A stretch of 49,740 nucleotides of DNA, filler included, from Sphacelaria rigidula (Eukaryota), in assembly GCA_964200075.2 (NCBI GenBank). It is 3 parts of 3 records of this genome, joined end to end, with 100 filler letters (N's around TTAATTAATTAA, not from the genome) between each part and the next. Parts side by side here need not be neighbours in the genome. Positions count along the whole stretch, not along the records: positions 33,232 to 49,740 come from CAXNAA020001332.1; 2 more parts are not named here. One strand, given 5' to 3'. The notes below the pieces were generated by a model, which was not told where the DNA came from, did not search any database, and saw nothing but the letters and a program-made list of their open reading frames with translations. Positions within the stretch are counted from its first letter, which is position 1; each line of letters starts with the position of its first letter. Shown here piece after piece: positions 36,001 through 48,121 of this stretch. The position numbers and the translations under genes are program-made.

Positions 36001-39000
36001 GAGCGCGGAAAAAAGTTGGGATTCCGCTACTCCTAAGCCCAGCCCTATCCCCTCGCCCTACCCCTCGACCCCATCCTCGAAACCTACTCCTCTACACCAA
36101 ACCCCACAGGCTGGTTAACGCTCATCAACAACAAAAATACTCATCCACAAAACGTCACGCCGTTTTCGGAAGTTAGACCCGGAAAGTTTGCACAGTTTTT
36201 CTCCGGGTGATGACGCCACTTTCAAAGGTCGAGTTTTTTCTTACTTATCGACTGTTTCTACCTTTTTTCGGGAGTCCCACGGATTTGGAGGAAACTTGGA
36301 TCCGTCGGACCCCCGAAAAACGGTATAAAATTCGAAAAAAAATATCTCATTCATCGAAGGTTGCGTGATGACCCATAGCACATTTGTGCAAAGTTTCAGA
36401 GTTCAACTCCTAAAAACGGCGTGAAGTTTTGCCCGTTTGTGCGATGACGTGAGCTCGAAGCATGGGAAGTCGTAACTACTTGATTCAAGTATGAAAATGT
36501 CAATTTTTGAGGTGACGTTACCACTCGGTAGTTTACAGATATTTCTCGGAAATTTATGGTTTGTGCAGGTGCTGATGCATTTCCAATATAACACTAACCC
36601 CAACCCAAACCCCAACCCCAACGAAGACATACCGAGAACACTCGGGCAAGGGGGGTGCAACGTATTCCCTAGGCGAAGCGTGCGTTGCCAGACCTCAAAT
36701 CGACGCCCCAGGCGCCGAATTAGACAAAAACGGGTTCTGCGCACGCTAGGAGCACACCAGGAGCATAGCGCCCTCCAAAGATCCGGATTTCGGTGTTCAC
36801 ACTAAACCCAATACTGCACCTATCCACAAACCGTAAATTTCCGAGAACTATCTGTCAACTACAGAGTGGTGAAGTCTACTGCAATTTTTTGTGAACTAAA
36901 CGTCAAGGAGAGAAAAACTATATGATCTCTTCGAGCTTTTTCACCAAACTTTGTACATATGTTCCTTGGATTACCCCGAGACGCATCATCTTGTTCTTCT
37001 TCTCTTGAAGGATTATGTACCGCTTTCCGGGGGTCTGCACACTGGGACCGCGGAAGCCGGTAGAGAACGGAGAAATTTTGAAATATTGTCAGAAATACAA
37101 TGTTTCCGATTGGAGAATCAATACCCACGCAACTGCCAAGTGTGAGGACAATCTGAGCTTTTCTACAGCAGATACTAGGGAAAGAGTCACGAGGCTACCT
37201 GGGTCTTTGGTGCGCATCATCAGTGGAAAATAGACTACGCCAAAACCCCACATCGCCGAAACATCACGGTTTGGGGTATAATTCGACCCCATACTAACCG
37301 TCATGAAATCTGTTATTTTCCGTTAGACTGGGTGAAGCATGTGAGTATTGGGTGAAAATTGGGCTTGGAATTCCTATTTTCAAATTCAGAACAATTTGAA
37401 GAGTGCTGATTGATAGATGGGTACCTTTTCGCCGTTAGGGCCACCATTATGGCCTTAAACACAGATTCGGCTATGTCACGCTTTTCAGCTGTTCATGGCG
37501 GTTAGTATGATACTATGTTTGCGACTATTGGGTAGGTATTGCGAAAGGCATTTACTGATGACACAGTCATGGGTGATGAGTGATAAGCATGAAACAGTCT
37601 GTAAGCACGTCTGAGAAACCGACCGTGGGGAAGGGATGAATCAGAAATTGGCAAATGAACATGTGTCACAGCATGACAAGTGGCAATAGCATAGCACAGC
37701 ACTCGTGATAGACAGCACACCTCAAGCTAACTGCACACAGAACGGAGCTACTCCGCTCTAGGGTCAGGGTTATCGGTGTCGAAGTTCAGCTGGCGACAAA
37801 TGTTCCGAAAAGAGATCCAGAGGCCGACTGGTGTAAGGTGTCCGCGATCATAGAACGCTTACATTCACTATATAATCGGCAGCCCAAAATCACCATATAT
37901 CAACAACCACACTCTACATCCGAGGCCTCTTCAGTCGTTCTAAGCTCCGGTGCCTCAAGGCCTACAAAGACATGGAAGAGCAATACGTTTGCGGAAAGAA
38001 GGACGAGATCTCCACACGTTGCGTACCTCGTCTCTTTGCTTGGACGACTCAAAGTTGAAGAAGGCAGAGCCTCCGTCCCCTTCCATGAACAGCTCTAGCC
38101 CGGTCTGCCGCAGCATGTGTCTGTACCCCCCGCCCCCACCACCCCCACCCCGCGGCAAGCAAACGTGGAACATCATCACAGACACCAGGAAAGGGAGATA
38201 TAAGCTTCTTGAGCAACAAGTAACAACCGTGCATCAGCATCTACCGCACCCGCCGATGTACATGTTATTCCCTCGCTATGCGCGCGGCTACGCGATATCA
38301 GCAGCACTACCAGTAATCCCAGTATAAAGTACGATCAACAATACTCGCGCTCAGCTGAATGTTTGCCACGGTAGACTCCTCGCCTGTTTTGACTCCAACA
38401 ACACAGACAAGCATTTAGCCGCCGGCATCTATACGACACTGCTTGCTTAGGACATGTCCACACCAACATGTAACGATGACCCCACCACACCAAACCTCCG
38501 TGGGTCGATTTCAGGCGTGCCGGGACATCCCAGCTCGAGCATGTGACATGAGGACCCTGTGATACCGTTTGCGTACCCTACTTTGTGAGTCATGTACCGT
38601 ACCGATACCCCGCCCGGCCACAAGGCAGCACGAAGGCCCCACAGTTGGCACGACATACGGTACGAGTAGCGGCCCGCTCATAAGAAAGTGAAAGTCAAGC
38701 TGAGCCTGACGTACTTCTCTGATGCGAAGATCTGCTGTATTGGACCTAGTGTGGCGGTGTTCACTGAGGCTGAACACTTTGTCACTTCTTTTGGAAAGCT
38801 CATGCTGATTTTCGTACATCCTAATTTCTCACGAGCGGGATGCTACCGTATAATTACTGCCCGAAACACTGGAAATATGTTTCAACCACCTTTACGCTAG
38901 TCATTGCACTGTGCTCAACATCGATATTTACACGCAACTGCGTGCATTCTACTGTCTCAACCTACTTCAACGATATTACCTTCGCTTGAAGGCGTGAAGG

Positions 39001-42000
39001 ACGCCTGCCAAAGCAAACGATGCCACTGGTTCCCCCACGTTGTTCAGCTCGGCCGGCTGGAAATATACCCTGACCAATGCACACGTCAAGCATAGGCGAC
39101 AACACCAGATGCGTGATAATCATGAACGACTTTCATCGCCTAAAAACTAAAAACTCCAAACGACGAAGAACAATACAACGAGCACCCACGCTGCGGATTA
39201 TTATTATCATCATTATTATCATTATTTTCGCACATTAGTCCGATTTTTTAAACCCATGGTCACACACGTATGCTCGCCCTTCCAGTACTGTCACTGCCAA
39301 TCCTTACATCCGATACAAGCGCTCAGTGCGGGTTACCAAAGTTTGTTTTCCATGGCGCTGAGATAACTTGGAGATACACGCACATGTCCATCTCTATGAC
39401 GTAGACAGGAACCAAGCAACGAAACTGTGTATGTCCCTGTATATCCCTCTTCCTGCGGAACATCCACCTCTGCTGAATCTCCGGCTGTATATCTTCCTTT
39501 TTTTTCCACAGCAAAAGACCACCTGGGGCATACCGGCACACATACTCAAAACAACCACAGGCGATACAATTACCTGGCATCGGTGACCATGATGCATCCA
39601 GGATTTCTGAGCAGAGGCGTTATTCGATCCACTCGCACTGGGCATGGGAGAAGCAGGGTCTCCCTGCCAGGACGCCACAAAAAAGGGCAAAAAAAAGGCA
39701 AAAAAGAGCCGCAAGAATGAAAAAACAATGGAAAACAAGGTATCGAATGACGGATAAATTCAGACCGCGGCAGTAGCGGTATGCTCGGTAGACAGCCAAC
39801 ATTACTTCACGGGCGGGGCGTGTCAACTGCAGCATGACAACCGTTTAGTGACTATATTGCCGCCCGGTGTAAAAAGTTATGTTATTGGGACTGATTGATG
39901 TTTCGACAAAAAAACGATTCTTCTTTACGCGGCACTCTTGCCCAACCCAGGCACCCTACGCTGTTCATCCGCTCCGCAACAGCTCCTGGTAGTTGTGAGG
40001 GGAAAGACATTTAAACAGTTGCGAAAAGGTCCCCAGTCCTTTGGGTCAGATCGCATTTAGCTAAGGCTACTTGTAGTTACTGTCATCATCCAAAATCGAA
40101 ACCGAACCCGAACCCTGGTACGGTACAGTGACGAAATTTTCAATATCTTTATGTGTACTATAATAGTGTCTGGCGACTGGTGAAGATACCTCACGTCGCG
40201 ATAGGTCCAAATACCATCATAAGACACGGTATTTATTCCTCGAAGAGACGGTGTATTTTTGATTATGTCAAACGCCATCATCCGTCAGGTCAAATCAAAC
40301 CGTCACCTGAAATCTACGAGGTGTATGGTGTCGAATTTCCGCGTGGAATCCCTGAGACGCTCTTCCAGCAGTGGATTCAGCAGTGGCTCCTCGTATCTGA
40401 ATCGCAGCCACGACATGCACACACAAACACGCACATACACATACGTGCACGTGTCCATGTACAAGAAGGCAAATTAAACCATATTGACGCACGTCGAGAA
40501 CTAACTGCGCAACAACAACTACCGCTGCCGCCAACTTAATTGATTCATCGATTGATTGAGTGATCGTCGCACATTAAACTGATCTCCGAGGGACCCAGCC
40601 GTGGTCATTAGACACAGCATAGGTGTACTCAAGGTAAAGAAAAACGGGAACGCTCGCGAAAGAAGGAGAACAGTGGAGACAAAAACAAACGGAGCAATAT
40701 GAAAACCCATAAACCAACACCAACGAAGATAAACTCAGCTAACAGAAAAAAAAAACAGGAAGGGAGGAGGAGGGAACGCAGAAGGAGTAGGAAAGATAAA
40801 ATAAAAAGTAGAACGCACTCAACAACCAAGAAACAAACTAGACACGGCCGGCCCCTGCAGCATGGCTTCAGGGGGGAAAAGGTCGTATGCAAAAAGCACA
40901 TGCACCCATACACAGAAAACAACGACCTACATCATCATAACTCGGCAATCAGAGCCAGGTCAGGGGTCTATTCCAAACAGCTACGAGAGCCTCCGTTGAA
41001 AATGCGATTCGCGCATTAGAAGAAGCCAAATGCTCTGTCATTCGGACGCACACCTTGCTACTTACCCATGACCCCTCTCTTTAACTCGCAGGGCGACCTC
41101 CCGCAATCGTCTGGCTTCCCCGAGGAACTCCCCTAGAGGCGTGTGCAGCAAGGAGAACGAGAAAGTCCAGTCGCTCCATTCATCTGCCGCTCCGCTCCCT
41201 CCAGCCTTCTTAGTTTTATACGGGCCCACCTGACGACGCAAAACATGGTTGAGGAAGACATGGCCGTCTAGAGCATGATTGTCGATTGTTTGGTGGACCA
41301 ACACAAGGTGGAAACTGCAGCGATAAGCTCGGTTACAAATGTAGGGGAACACATCAGTCACTCCCGCGCGCCGCTACTGGGCCTACTGTCATAATAGCAA
41401 GTACGAGTACAGTCGTACTACTACCATAATACTGGTACTGCTCGGGGCTGCTGGTAGGTACATCCTTGGCCAAATAGCTGTTGGTTGGAAACGGCGTTCA
41501 CTCGCTCTCGGCGTAATTTTTACGTACATTAGGCGCTCCCAGAGCGAATTCGATATCCTCCTGAAGCGCTAATGGTGAGTGGAAGGAAATAAGGTTGATT
41601 CGAAGACGCTACTGTAGCGCATCGACCTGTAGCATCCTCCACCACCTCACCTCATCGTCAACACCGTCCCGCCAACAACCTGCAAAGAAGTGGGGAAAAC
41701 ATCTACTGTTCCACGAAAAAAGCGGGGGTGATGGCACTTTCTACGATAGCCCCCCCCCCCCCCCCCCCCCAAAAAAACAAAGGGGAGACCGAAGCGCGAC
41801 GGCACCCCGCCAACCAAACACACAAAANNNNNNNNNNCGAAAGAAAGAAGGAAAAATATATATTGTAGAGAGAAAAAAGGGGGAATAAAAAAAAAAAAGA
41901 AAAAAAAACACACCACAACAAAAAAAAAAAAAAAGGGGCTGGTTTGGAGGGCAATATCTACACGTGAATCGAAATGAAAAAAGCCGAGCACAAGGAGCGG

Positions 42001-45000
42001 CTGGGAATTCCAACGCCTGGGTTCGTTTTCGCCAGCGTCACCCATACGAGGCTCTTCATGCAGCCTGAAAATAAACATCAGGCGCTGTATGACCATTCTC
42101 TCCGTGACAGGTTTCGGCTGGATTTGGGAGGGGGTTATCGTAGAAAGTGTTTGATGCGAAAAGGCAATTCCTCGGCGGACACTAGTGGATTTTTTTTCCT
42201 TTCACGTGATGGTACCCACATCACCCCCCCCCACACACACACTTCATGAGCCTCTTCGTACGTTTTGCTTTAACGAGATAGGCTTTAGGGGTGACCATTT
42301 TCGCCGGCTAGCGGTGAGGATGTATATTTTGCTTTACATGTCTTCTACGTGTATTGGCTTGCCAAGCCAAGAATCTCCACAGAACTCTTTTCCGTGACAC
42401 TGTGATATCTACTCCGAAGGTCGCCCACGAGTTGTCTCCTCCCAACATTTTTACGACTTTTTTGTGCCCTTTTGACTTCAGGGGGAGCTTTTCATCTTTT
42501 CATCGTCGCCTTGGTGGGAGTCGGAGCTTGACCCGGGATCTTCGGTTCATGAAGCGTACGATTTCTCGCTCGGTGCCGCCAATGCGAAGACGTGATTCCT
42601 CGACAGACACTCCTGGGATTTGTTTCCTCCTTCTATGTGGTGCTACTCACAGGAATCGATATTTGCCTATTAATAGCCTGTTCGCTACACACCTGTGTAA
42701 CAACAGCTCTCTTGTGACGAAATGACACGCAACATGGCGGAACAAACGTCTCGACGGCTGAGATTTTCAGAAAATTCAAAGAAACTCGCCAGGTTAACCT
42801 CAGGTTCTGGTGGGAAGTCTACACGGACGCCGGAGAAATGAGCACTGGCGAACCGATGTCTCTCAATAGCTCAGAAACGTCTTTGAAACTAATCTGTAAA
42901 TTTGTAGCCTTATGTAAACAAAAAGGCAGAGTGGACAGGCATGGGCACGAGTTTTTACCTTCAAAATTAAAGGGATGATGATCAATTCCATCGACACTTT
43001 TATAGTTACATGAATCGATCAATCGATCAGATTCAAACCTCTGGAAATATACAAACAATGGGACTACGCAAAAGAGACCTGCCTCATCATTTCGCCGGCT
43101 CTCCACGACAATGGTGCACCGAAATCGAAAGCCCTCGTCGACCCTGCCGCCGCCACCACGTCCCGCATTCTGTACGTCTGCCCCACTTCCCCCAGAGATG
43201 CCTGCAACACGTTCCATCTGGGTTTCCATGTGCCGGAAGGGATACTTGACCAGCGGTAGCAGACGATCTGCCGGCTCGAAGAGCAACCCTCTGCTGCACA
43301 GTTTGAGCCTGCCTTGTTGTCGCGGACGGGGATATTGTGATGGTGTGGCAGTAGAGGTGGAGGTGCTGGAAGAAATTGAAGGGTAGGAGTACGCGCTGTA
43401 GTCCTGCAGAGTCGAGATATTGTGGAGTAGGCGTTGCTTTGAGCTGTTGCTTCAAACAGTACAAAGGATGGGATTCGTACATTGCAGATATGTTGCGCTT
43501 GTTATCGACAACAAGTTTGTGGTGGGGATTACTCATAGCACATGCCCTAAGTATTGTGAACGGTTCGGAACGAGACTCGTCTCGGGATAGTAGATGCAGT
43601 GACAGTCTCGTGGGATAAACAAGGTAAGGTGTACCTTGATGAGGCGCGGAGGCGGGGTATCCTCGACGTCCCATGGAACCGTGGATTGGTCCAGGACATC
43701 AATGGGCGGATCGCAGACCAATTAAAACGCGTGATTGTGTTCTGGTACACGGTGGCACAAGTTGTCATCCCTGCGGCATGCAGAAAAATCAACACAAAAT
43801 AGCGACCAGATCGGCTACTCAAACAGTAGAGAGGCGCGTTTCGAGCAGCGTTGACCGCCCTGCCCCGCAGGGCACCTGTCAAAATCAGGCGAAGCAAAGA
43901 GCAGACTGCGCAGTGGACATCAAAGATAGGCGGACAGTACTGTCAAATTGTAGCTTCTGACACGTAAGAAACATGAAGTTCCTGAACCACAGTACTGTGC
44001 TGCACCGAGTGCGCTACTGTACTGGATGATAACGTACGCATTTTGTGTCGTGCACCATCAAGGCATTCTCAAGTGCACGGAACAACGCCTCGAAATGGAG
44101 CAGGGCTGCCTTGACATGGCCAGAGCGTAGTTCGCTTACATTGCAACAGTAGAGTAGCGGTAGCCAAGCGTGCAACAGCAGCGGTACATGAAGATGCTTC
44201 CCACACAACAAAAACGTGCATTGGCTCCGGAAACGGCCACACTAACAGGATTTGTCGCGTATTGATTTATTTGTATTCACCCAAATGTTGCCTGCGGTGG
44301 ATTTCGTACAAGAAAATTCAATGCGTGTATCCATTCGAGCGCTATCTCAGCGCGCAAGTAATACAACATAAGCGTCGTCGACGCCAGATGATATTTACCC
44401 ATTCAACATAATATACTTGCTCAGGTCGACCATAAGTGGACCACTGTACACAGGAGGTCGGGATACCTTTTGCCACAGCGCTTGCCTCGAGGCATCGGGA
44501 AAACCTCTAAGTTGTATAACATAGAGTAAAGGAGAGCATAGGACACCCCCCCCGTTATTCCAGCTGCGGCCGGTATATTGTTTCTGCTTGTTGTCATGGC
44601 TACGGAGGCGGAAACATGGCGCACGATGGGATGCACCTCTGAACGCTGCTACAATCGCGCTCTAGGTCGTGGCGGCGGCTCTGTCAGCGTGATGTAATTG
44701 CCTTTGCCACGTGGGTGGCCACTGTGCAACGTCAAGGTCCACGGTTTTGTCAACGGAGCAATGATTCATGAGTAACAAGACAGTAAGCCAAGTCGGCTGC
44801 AATCAGCTACGAGTCATACAGTCAGCCACAAGCAGGTATTACTCAACTTGTACTTTACTATACGTTTGTCCCACCAGCCGGTCCATCACATTACAATCTC
44901 CATTGCCTGTTATACCTATACGTACGGTCTCTTGGCAACGCCCCCTTGCAATCTACGCGAGGTCGTACCCCTGCTCGCAAGCTTTCGGCTGCATTGATTC

Positions 45001-47804
45001 TGTGTGGACACTGGGCAGCTGTAATGTTGGACGTACGTCAAAGGAATGAAGATCTTTGGGCGAATTCGGCTCGAGCTTCAAGGGTCAATCTATGGTCACT
45101 CCAGTAGCAAATTAATGGTGCATTTATGATCATGCTGAATTTAGTATAGCTTTCCTCTCATCTGTACACCCTCAAAATGACCCCCCGCTAGGAAACATTG
45201 CGCAGGACTGTCAGGTAAAAAAATTAAATGGAATCGGGGCTCGGCACTCAGACGGTCAACACAAGGACATAAGAACGACAGGGTCAGGTACATGTACCTA
45301 GGGGCGTCCATCGGTCACAAACAGGGACAGACTGAGTCACAAACACAAAATGTAAAGGTTTCCGGCGACGGGGATGGCCATGAAGCCGTGAGGACCAGCA
45401 CCTGCATGAGAAGGGCGACTCGTGTACAGAGTCGAGCTAGGGGGCATTGCACAGAGGTTTGCTTGGTGAGGACGATTCGTCATCTAAGCCCGAGACTACC
45501 TGGGTGTGGGGGCGACCCCACCGTGGTGCCTTCCCGTACACCGGACCGCCTTAATGACAATTCAGCTTCAGGGCTGAGTTCGAAGCGGCGGCGACGTGCA
45601 GCGCACTCGAAAGCGCTGCATGAAAGTAGAAATAGCGAAGTGCACGGTAAAGGTTCCTACCTGTCTCCTGGGGACGAGGGGAAAAAATGGCCATAACAGC
45701 CGTATGAGAGGGGGACAATATGCATGCCTGACTGTTTCTTCCTCCGAATCCCTACATCTGTTTCTGGCAGTCGAGTTAGAGGTTGCTCAAGCCCGTCGCC
45801 CCAATTTCACTGTTGACCTTGAATATTTAGATCTTGACCCCTTGGTCGCGAGGGTAGTCCATCTGGATCATGCATACCTTTTCAAGTGAAGTTGGGGCCA
45901 ATTCAACTCATGACCTATGCTCGCCGTCAAAGAGTAACCCTTAGACAGCGAGCGTCGCCTCGGAACAGTTTCACAGACTGACAGTCCGGAGACATTCGGG
46001 GGTTTCCAGTGGCCAGAGGGGTGGTTTTTGAGGGGGGTGGAGTGTCTGTCTGCAGAGCAGTCAAAAAGCTCACCAAGTCAATCATCCGTGTTTGGAAGTT
46101 TCCCGCGGAAGATTCCAAGCCAGGAACGAGGCCCGAGAGGCGCGGAATGATCACTCTGACCAATCACGCCCGTCAAAATGAGCACGTACTTCCCCTACAG
46201 GTGGACTGCAGGTGGACCACTTTGCTGTCTGCCCGCATTTCTCATTTTGGTCGTGGCAGTTCAACCATATATTACATGGGTACAAATAACTTGTGTTGTA
46301 CTCTGCTCGAGATATGTGCCGCCTGTCTGACGCCTCGTGTTGCCAGCATAGCTTCACATTGTCTGTAGTGTTGTTGTTGGACACTAGGCTGAGGTATAAG
46401 CAGGCTGCAGTAAATTGTGTTCAGTGGAGAGCGATATACACACTTATACTGTCTCTTGACGTTGTATCCAGCGAAGACATACAGCACAGACACATACTGA
46501 CTCTGGATGCAATTGACTGCAGGGTCAAAACTGGTCAGGGGTTCTCCGGGACTATTTCCTATATAGATGTCAAATATCCACAGGTGCATGAACAAAGGCG
46601 TTTTGTGTAGCGAGAAAAAGTTGTTCTGAACTCAAAATATGGCATAGTCCAACTCAGTCCACCTGCGGGGGGGTCGCTATCTAAGGGCGAAGGGGGTTGG
46701 CAGTCTCAAGTGATTGCCCATCGTGCATCGTAGCCGCACGCGTTTTCGCTGAAACCGGCGCCATTGGCACGGATTTCAGCTTTACGAATCCACATCATGC
46801 CTGGAGCACTCTTTGCACCTCCCGTTGCCCGAGGGTCTCTCTGTCTGCCATGAACTGGGTCAGGGTTGGGTGTTGGCTCAGCGTATGAAGAAAAGAAGGC
46901 ATGTTTAACCATGAGTTTGGGGTGACGGGTATGGATACAGTAAACCCTCTTCGTTTCTGACGGTTCGGAGGAAGCAAGAAACGCCAGGTTTTCGTTCTTC
47001 TAGCACTGCCGAACCAACGACGGTCGTACATTTTCGAGCCCTTGCCACAAGGTGCATTAATCTCCGAGTACGACATGTGTTTCTACTGTATCTCCGAAGT
47101 CCGTCCGATTCTTTTGATTCTTCAGGCAAAGGTTTGCCAGGGCTGTCGGGGTACGGAGTTTGCCCGCGATCAGAAATGTCACAGCAAGCCGGTATCGTGT
47201 ATCCCGGCGCAGCCAGAACGACATACCCCACCAGGAACTGCCAGTTCAGCATACTAACCCCATTGGCAGCATGAATGCGGTAGCATTGCCTGAACTGCAC
47301 TGTACTGGAGCGCAAACTGTGTTGCCTGGAATGCACAATGCACGTATAACTACTGACTGACCATGATGGAAAGAGGGGTTGACGTTCTTGCTTGAGCGAC
47401 ATGGTTGATATTTACCCTTGAGAACAGCTCCGTCTGAGATCGACACACAGGCGCACGGCATCGCGTTTACATCGAGGCTGTCATCTCATCAACGCTCCAA
47501 ACGACAGATACATTACATCGCAGTATAGGCTACAGCTTTCAAAACATCCTCACTGTACTGTACGGTACGGTGTTGTGCTTCAACTCTTGCAGCGGGGTAG
47601 TCCGAAAGTGCTTCCGCAGTACCCGCTGGCTACTGTCTGTTATCTCCTTGTTTGTGTACTGGCTGCAATGCTGTACTGCCTGCGGTTTAAACAACTTGCC
47701 TGGAAATAGTACTCTCCGTGCTCCAGCGCAAGAAGGTTGAACCTAACCTTCTTGCTCTGCGATGATGATCTCTTTGTGAAGCTCCATGGCTCTTCCATCG
47801 ACAT
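34710..47804 (-). CDS. NSMAF: FAN/NSMAF-like BEACH-family protein, 5' part (8 exons, 350 codons; BEACH core and WD40 exons not found in this window)
   Basis: Manually spliced exons 47804-47700, 43403-43083, 41229-41066, 40396-40307, 39663-39574, 39069-38980, 38120-38027 and 34805-34710 join in frame (1050 nt, no stops). The protein reads MSMEEPW...RFNLLALEHGEYYFQ|DYSAYSYP...QGRLKLCSRGLLFEP...|VGPYK...|...FDTIHLVDFR|ETLLL...ITPLLRNPGCIMVTDAR|VYFQP...FKRR|HMLRQTGLELF...FFNFESSKQRDE|LFDVL...TRKWQAGQ. This is collinear with remembered FAN motifs (RFSLLLL..EYYFE, GSLKICSKSVIFEP, VAPYK, TPL..NPG...TD..LYFQP, KRRH...GLEVF, QWQRG). Confidence 0.9.
36165..37570. repeat. Dispersed repeat in FAN intron 7 with a palindromic left end and a nested MITE
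   Basis: Inverted match to 26975-27900. AGTTAGACCC.GAAA.TTTGCACA (36171) mirrors TGTGCAAAGTTTCAGAGTTCAACTCC (~36385). Confidence 0.75.
36520..36870. mobile_element. ~350-bp MITE with ~50-bp TIRs and an internal telomere-like tract
   Basis: ACCACTCGGTAGTTTACAGATATTTCTCGGAAATTTATGGTTTGTG / CACAAACCGTAAATTTCCGAGAACTATCTGTCAACTACAGAGTGGT. Absent from the paralogous repeat at ~27630. Confidence 0.8.
38027..38120 (-). CDS. NSMAF: FAN-like exon 7, PH-BEACH region (HMLRQTGLELF...FFNF...RDE)
   Basis: tacag|A acceptor and GAG|GTACGC donor; matches the PH-BEACH RR.LL..TALE.F....FNF pattern. Confidence 0.9.
38980..39069 (-). CDS. NSMAF: FAN-like exon 6 (VYFQPAELNNVGEPV...FKR)
   Basis: gtcag|G acceptor and AG|GTAATA donor; 90 nt, phase 2-2. 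Confidence 0.88.
39574..39663 (-). CDS. NSMAF: FAN-like exon 5 (ETLLL...ITPLLRNPGCIMVTDA), GRAM/PH-like region
   Basis: ggcag|G acceptor and AG|GTAATT donor; 90 nt, phase 2-2. Confidence 0.88.
40307..40396 (-). CDS. NSMAF: FAN-like exon 4 (YEEPLL...FDTIHLVDF)
   Basis: ttcag|A acceptor and AG|GTGACG donor; 90 nt, phase 2-2. Confidence 0.85.
40540..40920 (-). mobile_element. (AATC)n-tailed non-LTR retroelement 3' end in FAN intron 3
   Basis: TTGATT..TCGATTGATTG...CGAGGGACCCAGCCGT is shared with 35130-35180 and, in the opposite orientation, with 19380-19438. Confidence 0.65.
41066..41229 (-). CDS. NSMAF: FAN-like exon 3 (VGPYK...VKERGH)
   Basis: cgtcag|GTG acceptor and GG|GTAAGT donor; 164 nt. 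Confidence 0.85.
43083..43403 (-). CDS. NSMAF: FAN-like exon 2 (DYSAYSYP...GRLKLCSRGLLFEP...RRNDE)
   Basis: Acceptor ctctgcag|GAC, 107 codons, in frame with ORF 42819-43286, ends GAG|GCAGGT. Confidence 0.85.
45938..46687. mobile_element. 750-bp piggyBac-like MITE, copy 2, in FAN intron 1
   Basis: 14-bp TIR CCCTTAGACAGCGA / TCGCTATCTAAGGG (CCC...GGG ends). The TTAA TSD is not intact. Confidence 0.72.
47700..47804 (-). CDS. NSMAF: FAN-like exon 1 (MSMEEPW...RFNLLALEHGEYYFQ)
   Basis: ATG at 47804, 35 codons, ends CAG|GCAAGT (GC donor). Confidence 0.85.
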
Positions 47805-48058
47805 CTTCAACCTCTAGTGAAGCTCTTCCCTGTCTGCAGTCTAGCCCCCACGGCAGAGCAGGAACCCTGCAGTGATGATTGAACTCATTCTTTCACAGGT
47901 TGTTATAATCCACGATGCGATTTTTTCTAATGACATCATTTTCGACATCGATCAGATAATGGCTTTGAACGCGTGACCTTGCTCGGTTTATGCTCTGCGA
48001 CATCATCGCCAGTGTCGCGCGGGAGTAGTCCACGACATTTTTTGCGGGGTGGTCTGTG
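47805..48058. promoter_or_regulatory. Putative bidirectional promoter / shared 5' region
   Basis: 254 bp separating two divergent ATGs, with no recognisable repeats. Confidence 0.45.
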
Positions 48059-48121
48059 ATGCCGAAGCACAAGAAAGATAAGGCTGTTCCTAACGTGCGG
48101 CATCAGCCGCTCGTCCTTCAG
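48059..48121 (+). CDS. BYSL: Probable first exon of a bystin/ENP1-like gene (MPKHKKDKAVPNVRHQPLVLQ)
   Basis: ATG at 48059, 21 codons, CAG|GTATTT donor. MPK.K......H.PL..Q resembles the bystin N-terminus. Only one short exon is visible. Confidence 0.5.

Noticed and set aside
44467-44506. Candidate 40-nt FAN exon (RFSRCLEASAVAK)
   Set aside because: Not needed, because exon 2 extends openly to a good acceptor at 43403 and supplies the DYS...QGRLK sequence.
45661-45667. Possible 7-nt micro-exon (cag|GAGACAG|gtagga)
   Set aside because: Would break the frame between exons 1 and 2, and has no homology support.
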